Shown here: positions 9,455 to 19,170 of the stretch, piece after piece
How the letters are laid out: each line of letters opens with the position of its first letter
Numbering within the stretch: the stretch's first letter is position 1
Assembly: GCA_036268295.1 (NCBI GenBank)
Contig: DATAUK010000042.1
Coordinates: forward strand, 14,941-78,940
Source: Mycobacteriales bacterium
GTDB lineage: Bacteria > Actinomycetota > Actinomycetes > JAFAQI01
Length of the DNA stretch: 64,000 nt
Direction of reading: 5' to 3'
Made by a program: the position numbers and the translations under genes
The notes under the pieces: generated by a model
What the model saw: only the letters and a program-made list of their open reading frames with translations
Told to the model about the DNA's origin: nothing
Database searches by the model: none

Positions 9455-12400
9455 TCAGGTCGGGGCGTTGAGGATCACCGCCAGCTCGCCACGGTCGACC
9501 AGCCGATCGGGTCGCTTCAACAGACCGGTGCGGACGTAGAGGAAGCCGGCGGTCACCGCCGACGGATCGACTCCGGCGAGATCCGCCCAGGCCAGCCGGT
9601 AGATCGACAGCTGCAATGCCGCCGCCTCGAAGTCGCGACCGGTCGGGACCGCGCCGGTCTTGTAGTCGATGACGTCGTAACGATCATCACCGTCGCGATA
9701 GACCGCGTCGATGCGGCCGCGCACCAGCCGGCCACCGACCATCATCTCGAACTGCGCCTCGATCGCCGCCGGCCGCCGATCGCCCCAGCCATCAGCGAGG
9801 AACCGACGCTGCAGTTCGACGAGCTCCGCATCGTTGATGTCGGCGTCTTCGGCGCCCGGGAGGTCATCGGGCTCGAGCAGCGGCGCCCGCGAGTGCAGCT
9901 CCTCGACCCAGCGATGGAACCGCGAGCCGCGGGTCGCCTGCGCCACCGGAGCCATCGGCATCGGCCTGGCGAGCGCCGCGGCGAAGGCATTCTCGTCGCG
10001 AGCCAGCGCCACGATCTGGCTGGTGGTCAAGCGCGCCGGCACCGGGACATCGACCACCCGCTGGCGGCGCCGTCGGGTCTCGTCGAGCAGCAGGCCGGCA
10101 TCCCGCTGCCAGCGCTGCGCCGTCGACAGTGCAACCCCGTTCAGCCCGCCGTTGTCGTCGCCATCGGCTGCCCGCGCCGCCTCGACCATCGCGGCGACCT
10201 CGCGGCGACGCGCCATCTCCCCTTCGTCCGGCAGCGCCGGCCAGGCCACGTCCGAGACGCCGACCGCCAGCAATGGGTTCACCTCACCGGGCACGGGATC
10301 GGCGCACCACTCGGCCACCGTGACGACCGGCGCGGCGAGGTCCACAACGTCGCGCAAGAAAGCCGACTCCCTGACCGGCTCCTTGCGGGTCGAGCTCCAG
10401 ACATACGATGACAGCCAGAGTTGATGACGAGCTCGCGTCATCGCCACATAGGCGAGCCGGCGCTCCTCGTCGTTCGAGTCGCCCCGGCACTCCTCCTTGA
10501 ACGCCTTGAGGTCAGCCGTCGAATAGCCCAGCAGATGCGGGAGATCGACGGCGTCGCCGCGACAGCGAAACGGCAGCACCTGCGCGCCGGTCGTCCATGC
10601 CGACCGGCCGCGATCGGAGGGAAACACCTTGTCGACCAGACCGGGCACAGCGACGATGTCCCACTCGAGGCCCTTGGCGGCGTGCACCGTCATGAGCTTG
10701 ACGGTGTTGGCGTCGGAGACCGCACCGATGTCGAGCCCGTCCTCGTTGTCGCTGGCGGCGCGGAGGTAGCCAAGGAAGCCGCCGAGATCGCCGTCGCCGT
10801 CGAGACCGGTGAACGCCGCGGCAACGTCGAGGAACGCGTGGATGTTGGCGAGTCGCGCCTCGGCGAGGGCCGCGTCACCCGCCTCGATCTCGACGTCGAG
10901 GCCGGTCGTGCTGATCACCTCGGTGATCAGGTCGACCATGGGCTGGGCAGCGAGCTGACGGAGCCGGCGGATCTCGATCGTGAACCGCCTCAGCCGTTCC
11001 AGCGCCTCCGGCGAGCACCGCGACTCGCGACCCGGTGACTCCGCCGCCTCGAGCAGCGACGGCACCTCGACCGGATCGACCGAGCTGGTCGCTGCCTCGA
11101 GGACCTCTGCGAGGCCGCCCGAGACCGCCGGCTCGTCGGCGTCATCAGCCCCCAGCGGTCGCGCCCTGGCCAGGAGCCCGGCCCGGCTGCCGAGAGCCGC
11201 GAGATCGCGCACCCCGAGGCGCCACCGTGGACCGCTCAACAGCCTGACCGCTGCCGAGTTGGAGGTCGAGTCGGCGAGCAATGAGAGCACCGCGACGATG
11301 TCGCTGACCTCCGGCATCGCCAGCAGGCCACCGAGGCCGACGACCTCGACCGGGATGTCGCGTTCGACCATCGCGCGGTGAAGTCTCGGGAAATCGATCC
11401 GGCGGCGGGCGAGCACCGCGACCTGGCCGGGCTCGGTGCCATCATCCAACGCCGAACGAACCCTCTCGGCGAGCCACTCGGCCTCGTCCAGGGCGGTGCT
11501 CGATCGCATCGCCACGACCTCGCCGCCCTCGCTCGCACTTGGTCTCGCCGCCAGTGGCGGGATCTCGATCGCGGTCCGGCCCTTGGCGATCAGCGAGGCA
11601 TACAGCGGCGCAGACACGGCGTTGGCAGCGGCGAGAATCCTTGCATCGCAACGGAAACTGGTCATCAGCGGCAGCACCGAAGAGTTGGCGGCTCCGGCCG
11701 CGAAATGCTCGCCGAAGCGCGACAGGTTGGCCGGCGACGCCCCGCGCCAGCCGTAGATCGACTGGTTGGGGTCGCCGACCGCCGTCACCGAATGCCCGTC
11801 GCCGAACAGCCGGGACAGCAAGACCCGTTGGGCGACACCGGTGTCCTGATATTCATCGAGCACGACCAGCCCGAATCGGTCACGTTCCATCGCGGTGACC
11901 TCTGCCGACGCCTCGGCGATCGCGCACGCGAGGGCGACCTGGTCACCGAAGTCGATGACGTCGAGCCGCCGCTTCGCCTCGGAGTACGACTCGACCAGGC
12001 CGAGCAGCTCGTCGCGGGCGAGGGTCCGCTCGACGATCTCCAGCGCCGGCTTGACCGGCTTCGGGAGCGCTTCGATCTCGGCCCGCACCCGGGCGTCGTG
12101 CCGTCGTACGTCCTCGGCGCTGGCGAGATGGTCCGACAGGTCGCCGGCGAGTGCCACGATCAGGCCGGCGACCCACGGGGTCGACCAGTTCAAATGCTCG
12201 AACGGCCCCGGCGCTCGAGTAGCCACCCGCATCGCCAGCTGCCACTGCACCGCCTCGGTCAGCAACGTGGCGCCGGGCTCACGGCCGATCCGCAACGCAT
12301 GATCGCGGACGATCTGCGCGGCGTAGGAGTGGTACGTCGCGACGGTCGGAACGTCGTCGCTCAGCCAGGTCTCGGCGCCCGGGTCCGAACCGGCCAGCGC

Positions 12401-12670
12401 CGCCAGCGACTTGCGGACCCGCTCGGCCAGCTCGCCGGCCGCCTTGTTGGTGAAGGTCAATCCCAGGACCCGCGATGGCGCCAGCCGGTGGTGGGCGACC
12501 GCGTGCACGATCCGCGCCGCCATCACCATCGTCTTGCCCGAACCGGCACCCGCAATCACCAGCTGCGGGGTCAGGTCGGCGGTGATGATCGCCAGCTGCT
12601 CGGCGGTGAAGGTCATGCCGAGCAGCCGGTGAAGGTAGTCGCCATCGGCATCAGGACGCAGCGGGGTCAT
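9455..12670 (-). CDS. adnB: helicase-nuclease AdnB (UvrD-like motor + RecB-type nuclease)
   Basis: AGAGSGKT, LDEYQDT, VGDPNQSIYGWRGA and VAMTRAR motifs. C-terminal PD-(D/E)XK segment (GRIDAVY...VIDYKTG). ATG 12670 overlaps the adnA stop as ATGA. Confidence 0.85.
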   Translation of the reverse strand: MTPLRPDADGDYLHRLLGMTFTAEQLAIITADLTPQLVIAGAGSGKTMVMAARIVHAVAHHRLAPSRVLGLTFTNKAAGELAERVRKSLAALAGSDPGAETWLSDDVPTVATYHSYAAQIVRDHALRIGREPGATLLTEAVQWQLAMRVATRAPGPFEHLNWSTPWVAGLIVALAGDLSDHLASAEDVRRHDARVRAEIEALPKPVKPALEIVERTLARDELLGLVESYSEAKRRLDVIDFGDQVALACAIAEASAEVTAMERDRFGLVVLDEYQDTGVAQRVLLSRLFGDGHSVTAVGDPNQSIYGWRGASPANLSRFGEHFAAGAANSSVLPLMTSFRCDARILAAANAVSAPLYASLIAKGRTAIEIPPLAARPSASEGGEVVAMRSSTALDEAEWLAERVRSALDDGTEPGQVAVLARRRIDFPRLHRAMVERDIPVEVVGLGGLLAMPEVSDIVAVLSLLADSTSNSAAVRLLSGPRWRLGVRDLAALGSRAGLLARARPLGADDADEPAVSGGLAEVLEAATSSVDPVEVPSLLEAAESPGRESRCSPEALERLRRFTIEIRRLRQLAAQPMVDLITEVISTTGLDVEIEAGDAALAEARLANIHAFLDVAAAFTGLDGDGDLGGFLGYLRAASDNEDGLDIGAVSDANTVKLMTVHAAKGLEWDIVAVPGLVDKVFPSDRGRSAWTTGAQVLPFRCRGDAVDLPHLLGYSTADLKAFKEECRGDSNDEERRLAYVAMTRARHQLWLSSYVWSSTRKEPVRESAFLRDVVDLAAPVVTVAEWCADPVPGEVNPLLAVGVSDVAWPALPDEGEMARRREVAAMVEAARAADGDDNGGLNGVALSTAQRWQRDAGLLLDETRRRRQRVVDVPVPARLTTSQIVALARDENAFAAALARPMPMAPVAQATRGSRFHRWVEELHSRAPLLEPDDLPGAEDADINDAELVELQRRFLADGWGDRRPAAIEAQFEMMVGGRLVRGRIDAVYRDGDDRYDVIDYKTGAVPTGRDFEAAALQLSIYRLAWADLAGVDPSAVTAGFLYVRTGLLKRPDRLVDRGELAVILNAPT

Positions 12671-15600
12671 GACACCACCTGCCCGCCCTCGTCGCGTGAA
12701 GGGCAAGAAGCGCGGAACGAGCATCGGTCGCAGCCGTCGTTGGGCCGAGCCGGAAACCGCTCGAGGCGGATGTCGGTCGCGATCCCCTCGACCAGGTCAT
12801 CGACCCACTCGTCGCCCGGACCGAGCGGCGGTTGAGGCTGCACCTTGACCGAGCCTCTGACCTCCTTGCGGAGCTGCACCAGCTCCGCGCCGCCGGGCGT
12901 CATCGACCAGTCGGCGAACCCGCCGTTGCGGGCGGCGAGCTGGTAGACCCCGAGCTGCGGGTCGCTCTGCAGCGCCTCTTCGCTCGGCGGGTATTTGCCG
13001 GTCTTGAGATCGACCACCACGATGCGACCGTTGTCATCGAGCTCGATCCGGTCGGCCCGGCCGCGGAGCCTGACATCGTCGCCGACCATGACCTCGAACT
13101 CGACCTCGGCTCCGGCACACTGCCGCGGGTTGGCGACGTGCCAAGCGAGAAACCGTTGCAGCGCCGCGCGCGCTTCGTTGTGGTCGCGGGCTGCCTGCCA
13201 GCGGGCGTCGTACGGAAGGAGGTGCCAGACCGCGTCGAGCCGATCGACGATGGCGTCGAGATCAGGCGGCACTTCGCCGACGACCACGGCCTCGGCCAAG
13301 GCGTGGACGATCGAGCCGAAGCCCTGCGCGGCCGAGGTCGACTCGACCGCCTTGACCTCGCGGTCGAGGAACCACGCCCGCGGGCAGCGGTCGAATGCCG
13401 AGACCGCGGACCCGGACAGGTCGACCGGGCGTTCGAGCGGTCGTACGGCGGTCGTGCCGGGGGTCACCCCGGCCAGGCCCCACCACTGCGCGGTCGCGGC
13501 AGCGGGAACGAGCGGCACACCGCCGTCGTCGACAGCATCGGCCAGCGCCGCGAGCCGTCGCGCGGCTTCGCGGCGCAGCTCGGGGTCGGCGAGCGGGTCG
13601 TTGAGGGTGCGGCGCAACCGGCCGACGAGCGAGGCCGCCGACAGCACATTCGTGGTCGACGTCACTCGGTCCGGCACCTCGAGCCCGGTCTCGTCGAGGA
13701 ACCGGGAGGGTCGCTCAGCGAGATCGTCAGTGCCGGAAGTCGCGGTGAGGATCAGCCGCTCGCGGGCTCGAGTCACTGCGACGTAGAACAATCGGCGTTC
13801 CTCGGTCAGCATCGCCGCCGGGGTGAGCGGCGGCCGCGGTCCGTCGGCATCGAGCGCATCGGCGTCGAGCACCGAGCCGCGGCGGCGAAGGTCAGGCCAG
13901 ACGCCTTCCTGCACCCCGGCCACGACGACCAGGTCCCACTCGAGGCCCTTCGATCGGTGCGCGGTCAGCAGCCGGACCGACCCGAGGATGCCGGCCCGCT
14001 CCTCGTGCGGCGCGGCCGGGATCTCCTGGGCCTCGATCTCCTCCAACAACGCCGCGACGCTTGCCCGCGGCTGATAGTCCTCGAGTCTCGACGCGGCGTC
14101 GAACAGCGCCAGGACGGCATCGAGATCACGGTCGGCGGCACGGCCGGTGACATCCGGTGACGAGGCGGCGGTCGAGAGCCGCCTGGCCCAGTCGCAGCCG
14201 TCCCACAACGCCCAGAGCACTTCGGCCGGCGTGCCGCCGGCAGCCGCGACGCGCCGGGCGGCAGCGAGCAGGTTGACCAGCCTTGTGACCGGCGCCGCCA
14301 CCCGGTCCTCGATGACCGCGAGATCGCGCGGGTCGGCGATCACCTCACCGATCAACTCAGCCGACGGCCGGGCCAGCCCGTTGCTGTTCGCCGCGCGGTC
14401 GAGGTCGCGGAGCCGGCGGCCCAGCGCCCGAAGCTGCGCCGGAGACGCGCCACCGAGCGGCGAGAGCAGCAGCGATCTCGCCAGCTCCGGTGTGATGGCG
14501 CTCTGCTGCGGCGGTGGCTGCCTCAGGTCGTAGGCGACGATCTTCAGCGCCGCGAGCAGCGGCGCGACGGCCGGGTCCGTGGCCAGCGGGAGCTCGTCGG
14601 CGGCGACCGAGACCGGCACCCCGGCGCCGACCAATGCCCGACGCATCGTCGGGATGCTCCGCACCCCCGACCGCACCAGCACCGCCATCCGCGACCACGC
14701 CACGCCATCGATGAGATGCGAGCGCCGCAACAAGTCGGCGATGCCGGTGACCTCGGCCGCGACTGACGGGAACAGCCGGATCTCAGCCGGCGTGAGGCTG
14801 ACCGGACCGGCGGCGACGAGGTGACGATGGTTGTGGTGGTGGGAGCTCAGCCGGCCGAGCGGGATCGGCTTAGCCACCTCGCGGGAGAGCTCGACCAGTT
14901 CGCTGCCGGAGCGCCGGCAGACATTGAGCGCCACGACCTCGGCCTCACGGCCGTCGGCGTGACGGAAGCGATCCGAAAAGTCGAGGATCCCGGCGACATC
15001 GGCGCCACGAAAGCTGTAGATCGACTGATCCGGGTCACCGACCGCGACGAGCAGCCGGCCAGCACCTGCGAGGCGCTGCAGCAGCAGCACCTGAGAGGGA
15101 TCGGTGTCCTGGTATTCATCGACGTACACCGCGCTGAACCGGCCGATGACTTCGCGGGCCGGCCCGTCGAGCAGCTCGATCGCGCGGGAGATCAACCCGG
15201 CGTAGTCGACCTCCTCGCGAATCGCGAGCACATCGAGATATTCGTCGAGAAACGTGCCGGCAGCGACCCATGCCGGCCGGCGGTGTTGGTGACCCAGCCG
15301 GCTGACCGCCGCGCCGTCGAGGCCGCGCTCGCGGGCCCGGTCGAGCAGGTCGCCGACCTCGCTCGCGAATCCGCGCAGCCGCAGTGCCGGCGCGAACTCG
15401 GCTGGCCACCGGGTCTGACCCTCGCCGCTCGCGTTTCCGGCGAGCAGCTCACGCACCCGCATCTCGCGTTCGGCGCCGGACAGCAGCCGCGGCAGCCGGC
15501 CACCGGGCCCGATGCCGTAGCCACGCAACAGCGAATAGCAGAAGCTGTGGAACGTCGACGCGGCCGGCGCCGCGACCGTGCGACCCAGCCGGGACGCGAT

Positions 15601-15867
15601 CCGGTCGCGGAGCTCATCGGCCGCCTTGCGGCTGAACGTCAGGGCCAGCACCTCGTCGGGCGACGCACCTTGGCGCACCCGCTCGACCACTGCCTCGACC
15701 AACGTTGTCGTCTTGCCGGTGCCAGGACCGGCCAGCACGAGCAGCGGACCCGCACCGTGAGCCACGACCGTTCGCTGCGAGGCGTCAAGCTCAGGCGCCG
15801 CGACCGGCTCGACCGGTGCGCGCACCAGTCGATAGCTCACCCCGGCCGCTGACATACCCACGATCAC
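12667..15867 (-). CDS. adnA: helicase-nuclease AdnA (degenerate UvrD-like motor + RecB-type nuclease with Cys cluster)
   Basis: AGPGTGKT, VDEYQDT, VGDPDQSIYSFRGA and VAVTRAR motifs. C-terminal nuclease (GRADRIE...VVDLKTGK) and a Cys cluster C...CDRCSFRASC. Sits directly upstream of adnB. Confidence 0.85.
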   Translation of the reverse strand: MIVGMSAAGVSYRLVRAPVEPVAAPELDASQRTVVAHGAGPLLVLAGPGTGKTTTLVEAVVERVRQGASPDEVLALTFSRKAADELRDRIASRLGRTVAAPAASTFHSFCYSLLRGYGIGPGGRLPRLLSGAEREMRVRELLAGNASGEGQTRWPAEFAPALRLRGFASEVGDLLDRARERGLDGAAVSRLGHQHRRPAWVAAGTFLDEYLDVLAIREEVDYAGLISRAIELLDGPAREVIGRFSAVYVDEYQDTDPSQVLLLQRLAGAGRLLVAVGDPDQSIYSFRGADVAGILDFSDRFRHADGREAEVVALNVCRRSGSELVELSREVAKPIPLGRLSSHHHNHRHLVAAGPVSLTPAEIRLFPSVAAEVTGIADLLRRSHLIDGVAWSRMAVLVRSGVRSIPTMRRALVGAGVPVSVAADELPLATDPAVAPLLAALKIVAYDLRQPPPQQSAITPELARSLLLSPLGGASPAQLRALGRRLRDLDRAANSNGLARPSAELIGEVIADPRDLAVIEDRVAAPVTRLVNLLAAARRVAAAGGTPAEVLWALWDGCDWARRLSTAASSPDVTGRAADRDLDAVLALFDAASRLEDYQPRASVAALLEEIEAQEIPAAPHEERAGILGSVRLLTAHRSKGLEWDLVVVAGVQEGVWPDLRRRGSVLDADALDADGPRPPLTPAAMLTEERRLFYVAVTRARERLILTATSGTDDLAERPSRFLDETGLEVPDRVTSTTNVLSAASLVGRLRRTLNDPLADPELRREAARRLAALADAVDDGGVPLVPAAATAQWWGLAGVTPGTTAVRPLERPVDLSGSAVSAFDRCPRAWFLDREVKAVESTSAAQGFGSIVHALAEAVVVGEVPPDLDAIVDRLDAVWHLLPYDARWQAARDHNEARAALQRFLAWHVANPRQCAGAEVEFEVMVGDDVRLRGRADRIELDDNGRIVVVDLKTGKYPPSEEALQSDPQLGVYQLAARNGGFADWSMTPGGAELVQLRKEVRGSVKVQPQPPLGPGDEWVDDLVEGIATDIRLERFPARPNDGCDRCSFRASCPSRDEGGQVVS

Positions 15868-15904
15868 AGCACGCGGCTACGACGCGTGCGGTCCTTCGAA
15901 ACGA

Positions 15905-16267
15905 TCAGTTGTCGCGGTGCACGATGTCCGGCGCGAAAGCTGGCAGGCAGACGGCGATGTAGTCGGCTCCCTCAGGTCCCGGCGAGGAGTAGCGCACCCA
16001 TTCACCCGCGCGGGTGTGGACCGCCTGGCCGGCAGCGACGTGGAAGTGACCGCCCTCATGCTCCACGACGACGACCCCGCGAAGGACGACGGTGAACTCA
16101 TCGAAGTCAGGCCGTTGACCCGGCTCCGTCCAGCCGCTTGGACTGGTCATGTGGGCGACGCTGATCCGCGGCTCGGCGGTGTTGACCTGCCCGATGTGCT
16201 CGCGGATCGTCTTAGGCGGCTCGCCGGCCGCCTGGATGATGGTCGGACCCTCGATCAACTCAGGCAC
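15905..16267 (-). CDS. cupin domain protein
   Basis: 120 aa with a beta-barrel cupin-like core (FTVVLRGVVVVEHEGGHFHVAAGQAVH). GGAGGAG lies upstream of GTG 16267. Overlaps the ATL gene 3' end by 8 nt. Confidence 0.7.
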   Translation of the reverse strand: MPELIEGPTIIQAAGEPPKTIREHIGQVNTAEPRISVAHMTSPSGWTEPGQRPDFDEFTVVLRGVVVVEHEGGHFHVAAGQAVHTRAGEWVRYSSPGPEGADYIAVCLPAFAPDIVHRDN

Positions 16268-16571
16268 GTCTCCTCCTTCGGGTCGAGCGACCGTCCCACC
16301 GAGCCCGGCTCATGTCCACCCGATAGCCGTTCATCGGGACGTCCTCGGAGCGCAGCAACGCCACCTGCCGGTCGCGGACGCCTGGTGCGCACGTGCCATC
16401 CGAGCGGACCACGCGATGCCAGGGGACCTCATCGCCGTACGTCGCCATGACGGTGCCGACGGCTCGACCGGACCCGGCCGAGACGAACTCCGCAACGTCG
16501 CTGTAGGACATGACACAGCCGATCGGGATCAGATCGACGGCGTCAAGCACGCTGCGAGAGAACGGAGTCAC
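16260..16571 (-). CDS. alkyltransferase-like (ATL) protein, MGMT DNA-binding domain without catalytic Cys
   Basis: 103 aa of the MGMT family (IPIGCVMSYSDVA...). The active-site PCHRV motif is replaced by PWHRVV. Confidence 0.8.
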   Translation of the reverse strand: MTPFSRSVLDAVDLIPIGCVMSYSDVAEFVSAGSGRAVGTVMATYGDEVPWHRVVRSDGTCAPGVRDRQVALLRSEDVPMNGYRVDMSRARWDGRSTRRRRRA

Positions 16572-16597
16572 GGCGACAAAGACTAACGTCGCCAGCC

Positions 16598-17482
16598 ATG
16601 AGGATCCTCGTCATCGGCGGCACCCGACTGCTCGGCCGGCACATCGCCCAGACCGCGCTCGACCGCGGTCACGACGTCACGGTGTTCAACCGCGGCCAGA
16701 CCGATCCCGGGGCGTTGCCGGAGGCCACCCGGCTGACCGGTGACCGCGACACCGATCTCATTGCGCTGTCGAGCGGCGAGTGGGACGCGACGATCGACGT
16801 CTGCGCTTACGTGCCGGGTCAGGTGCGCTCGTTGCTCGAGTCGCTCGGCGCGCGTGCCGGCCACTACACGTTCGTGTCGACGATCAGCGTCTACAGCGAG
16901 GACGTCGTGGACAGCGGCTTCACCGAGGCCGCCGCGCTGCTCGAGCCGGAGTGGAGCGACGAGCGGCAGGTCGCGAAGTACGGCGAGCTGAAGGTCGCCT
17001 GCGAGCAGGTGGCTGCGGACCTCACGGGCGGTCGGCTGCTGATCATCCGGCCCGGATACGTCATCGGGCCGTACGACTACACCGAACGGTTCACCCACTG
17101 GATTCGGGAGGTCGCCGCCGGCAAGCCGTTCGATGCGCCCGCGGCCGAGCAGCCGCTGCAGTGCATCGATGGCCGCGACCTTGCGGCGTTCACGATCGGC
17201 TGCGTCGAACGCGAAGTCTTGGACGTCTTCAACGTCACCGCGCCGCAGTCACCGCCGACCTTCGCCGAGGCGCTGGCCACGATCGCACTCGGGTTAGGCG
17301 TCGAGTTGCCCGAGGTCCGTTACGCCGACCCGTCGTACGACTCCGAGGAGCTACCGCTTTCCGCGGCACCGTCGTGGTGGCCGTTGATGCGCGCCAGCGT
17401 CTCGCGCGCCACCGCCGCCGGACTTCGCTGGCGACCGCTGGAAGAAACCGTCCGCGACACCGCCGCCTTCGCCGACGTCTAG
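16598..17482 (+). CDS. NAD-dependent epimerase/dehydratase family (extended SDR) protein
   Basis: Rossmann N-terminus MRILVIGGTRLLGRHIA...DVTVFNRG. 294 aa. Confidence 0.75.
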   Translation: MRILVIGGTRLLGRHIAQTALDRGHDVTVFNRGQTDPGALPEATRLTGDRDTDLIALSSGEWDATIDVCAYVPGQVRSLLESLGARAGHYTFVSTISVYSEDVVDSGFTEAAALLEPEWSDERQVAKYGELKVACEQVAADLTGGRLLIIRPGYVIGPYDYTERFTHWIREVAAGKPFDAPAAEQPLQCIDGRDLAAFTIGCVEREVLDVFNVTAPQSPPTFAEALATIALGLGVELPEVRYADPSYDSEELPLSAAPSWWPLMRASVSRATAAGLRWRPLEETVRDTAAFADV

Positions 17483-17494
17483 CCGCCAGCCCCC

Positions 17495-17544
17495 GAAGCG
17501 TCAGACCCGCCGGGCGCTATGGCGCCGGCACGTTCTGACACTTC
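17495..17544. terminator. imperfect long hairpin between convergent genes
   Basis: The outer arms GAAGCGTCAGA / TCTGACACTTC pair at 10 of 11 positions. The inner GC-rich stem is interrupted. Lies between stops at 17482 (+) and 17559 (-). Confidence 0.35.
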
Positions 17545-17558
17545 CGATGGGGCGGCGC

Positions 17559-18740
17559 TTAGTAGAGCGGCTCGTCCTGCAGCACCTGGGTCGACCAGGC
17601 GGTCACGCCACCCTGCACGTGCTTGGCGTCGGCGAAGCCGGCGTTCTTGAGCAATGCCAACGCCTCTGCCGATCGGACACCCGACTTGCAGTAGGCGATG
17701 ACCGGCTTGTCCTGGGGCAGCTCGGCAAGCTTGCCCGGCAGATCGCCCTTGGGGATCAGCACCGCACCGGGGATCGCGATGATCTCCCACTCGGCCGGCT
17801 CCCGGACGTCAACGAGATAGAAGTCCTCGCCGGCATCTTGCAGCGCCTTGAGCTCGGTCGCGGTGATCGTCGAGCCCGCAGCCGCCTCGACCGCCTCGTC
17901 GGAGACCGTGCCGCAGAACGCCTCGTAGTCGATCAGCTCGGTGATCGTGGGGTTCTTTCCGCACAACGGGCACTCCGGGTCCTTGCGTACCTTCACCGAC
18001 CGGTAGGTCATCTCCAGCGCGTCATAGATCATCAATCGGCCGACCAGCGGCTCGCCGATGCCGGTCAGCACCTTGATCGCCTCGGTCGACTGGATCGAGC
18101 CGATCGAGGCGCAGAGCACACCGAGCACGCCGCCCTCGGCGCATGACGGGACCATCCCGGGCGGTGGCGGCTCGGGGTAGAGGCAGCGATAGCAGGGGCC
18201 GTGCTCATTCCAGAACACCGACGCCTGGCCGTCGAAGCGGTAGATCGAGCCCCAGACATACGGCTTGTTGAGCAGCACACAGGCGTCGTTGACGAGATAG
18301 CGGGTGGCGAAGTTGTCGGTGCCGTCGACGATCAGGTCATAGCCGGCGAAGATCTCCATCACGTTCGACGAGTCGAGCCGCTCCTCGTGCAGATTGACCG
18401 TGACTAGCGGGTTGATCTCGAGGACCGATTCCTTGGCGCTGACCGCCTTCGGGCGGCCGACATCGCTTTGGCCGTGGATGACTTGACGCTGCAGATTCGA
18501 CTCGTCGACCACGTCGAAGTCGACGATGCCAAGGGTGCCAACACCGGCCGCGGCGAGATACATCAGCGCGGGCGACCCGAGCCCGCCGGCACCGACACAG
18601 AGCACCCGGGAGTTCTTCAGCCGCTTCTGCCCTACCATCGCGACGTCGGGAATGATCAAGTGACGCGAATAGCGCCTGATCTCCTCAGGCGTGAGCTCCG
18701 GAGCGGGCTCTACCAGCGGGGGCAGTGGCACTGTTGTCAC
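17559..18740 (-). CDS. moeZ: adenylyltransferase/sulfurtransferase MoeZ (ThiF/MoeB domain + rhodanese)
   Basis: ThiF/MoeB motifs (YSRHLIIPD, VLCVGAGGLGSP, DGTDNFATRYLVND, PSCAEGGVLG). C-terminal rhodanese active site YCKSGVRS. The GTG 18740 N-terminus VTTVPLPPLVEP matches mycobacterial MoeZ as I recall it. Confidence 0.9.
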   Translation of the reverse strand: MTTVPLPPLVEPAPELTPEEIRRYSRHLIIPDVAMVGQKRLKNSRVLCVGAGGLGSPALMYLAAAGVGTLGIVDFDVVDESNLQRQVIHGQSDVGRPKAVSAKESVLEINPLVTVNLHEERLDSSNVMEIFAGYDLIVDGTDNFATRYLVNDACVLLNKPYVWGSIYRFDGQASVFWNEHGPCYRCLYPEPPPPGMVPSCAEGGVLGVLCASIGSIQSTEAIKVLTGIGEPLVGRLMIYDALEMTYRSVKVRKDPECPLCGKNPTITELIDYEAFCGTVSDEAVEAAAGSTITATELKALQDAGEDFYLVDVREPAEWEIIAIPGAVLIPKGDLPGKLAELPQDKPVIAYCKSGVRSAEALALLKNAGFADAKHVQGGVTAWSTQVLQDEPLY

Positions 18741-18850
18741 CTCATGAGTACGTCGGTCAGCAGTTAGATTTTTCGCAGTCTTAGAGTCCCATGGTGGGAA
18801 ACCTTCGCGTCCTGACGGTTGTTCCACGCCCGGGTGGGCAGGTAGTGAAT

Positions 18851-19018
18851 ATGGGATTCTTCGACAAGCTCAGGAACAAGGGCCAGGCCAGCAAAGGCGA
18901 CGTCAAGCAGCAGGCCGGTAAGGCCATCGGCAACGAGCAGATGCAAGCCGAAGGCAAAGCTGGCTCAGCGAAGGGCAACCTGAAGCAGGCCGGCGAAAAG
19001 GTCAAGGACGCGCTATAG
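18851..19018 (+). CDS. CsbD-family stress protein
   Basis: 55 aa, MGFFDKLRNKGQASKGDVKQQAGKAIGNEQMQAEGKAGSAKGNLKQAGEKVKDAL. This is a typical CsbD repeat pattern. Confidence 0.8.
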   Translation: MGFFDKLRNKGQASKGDVKQQAGKAIGNEQMQAEGKAGSAKGNLKQAGEKVKDAL

Positions 19019-19039
19019 CCCCGAGTTCCCACCACTGTT

Positions 19040-19073
19040 GCGTTGAGCCGGGCCCACTGGCCCGGCTCAACGC
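19040..19073 (+). terminator. intrinsic-terminator-like hairpin after csbD
   Basis: GCGTTGAGCCGGGCC-cact-GGCCCGGCTCAACGC: perfect 15-bp stem with a 4-nt loop, 22 nt after the stop. No U-tract, which is common in high-GC actinobacteria. Confidence 0.6.
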
Positions 19074-19170
19074 GTCGTGAGACGGTTTCGCGCTGAAACT
19101 ATCGCTCAACAGCGGCCCTATGCTTCCTCCGTTGCGCGATCATCGAGCGACGTGAGGACTGGGGGCACCC

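Noticed and set aside
11378-15852. Series of long plus-strand ORFs (485, 442 and 343 aa).
   Set aside because: They are antisense to adnB and adnA. Their composition is Arg/Gly/Asp-rich with no recognisable domains, so they are GC-driven open frames.
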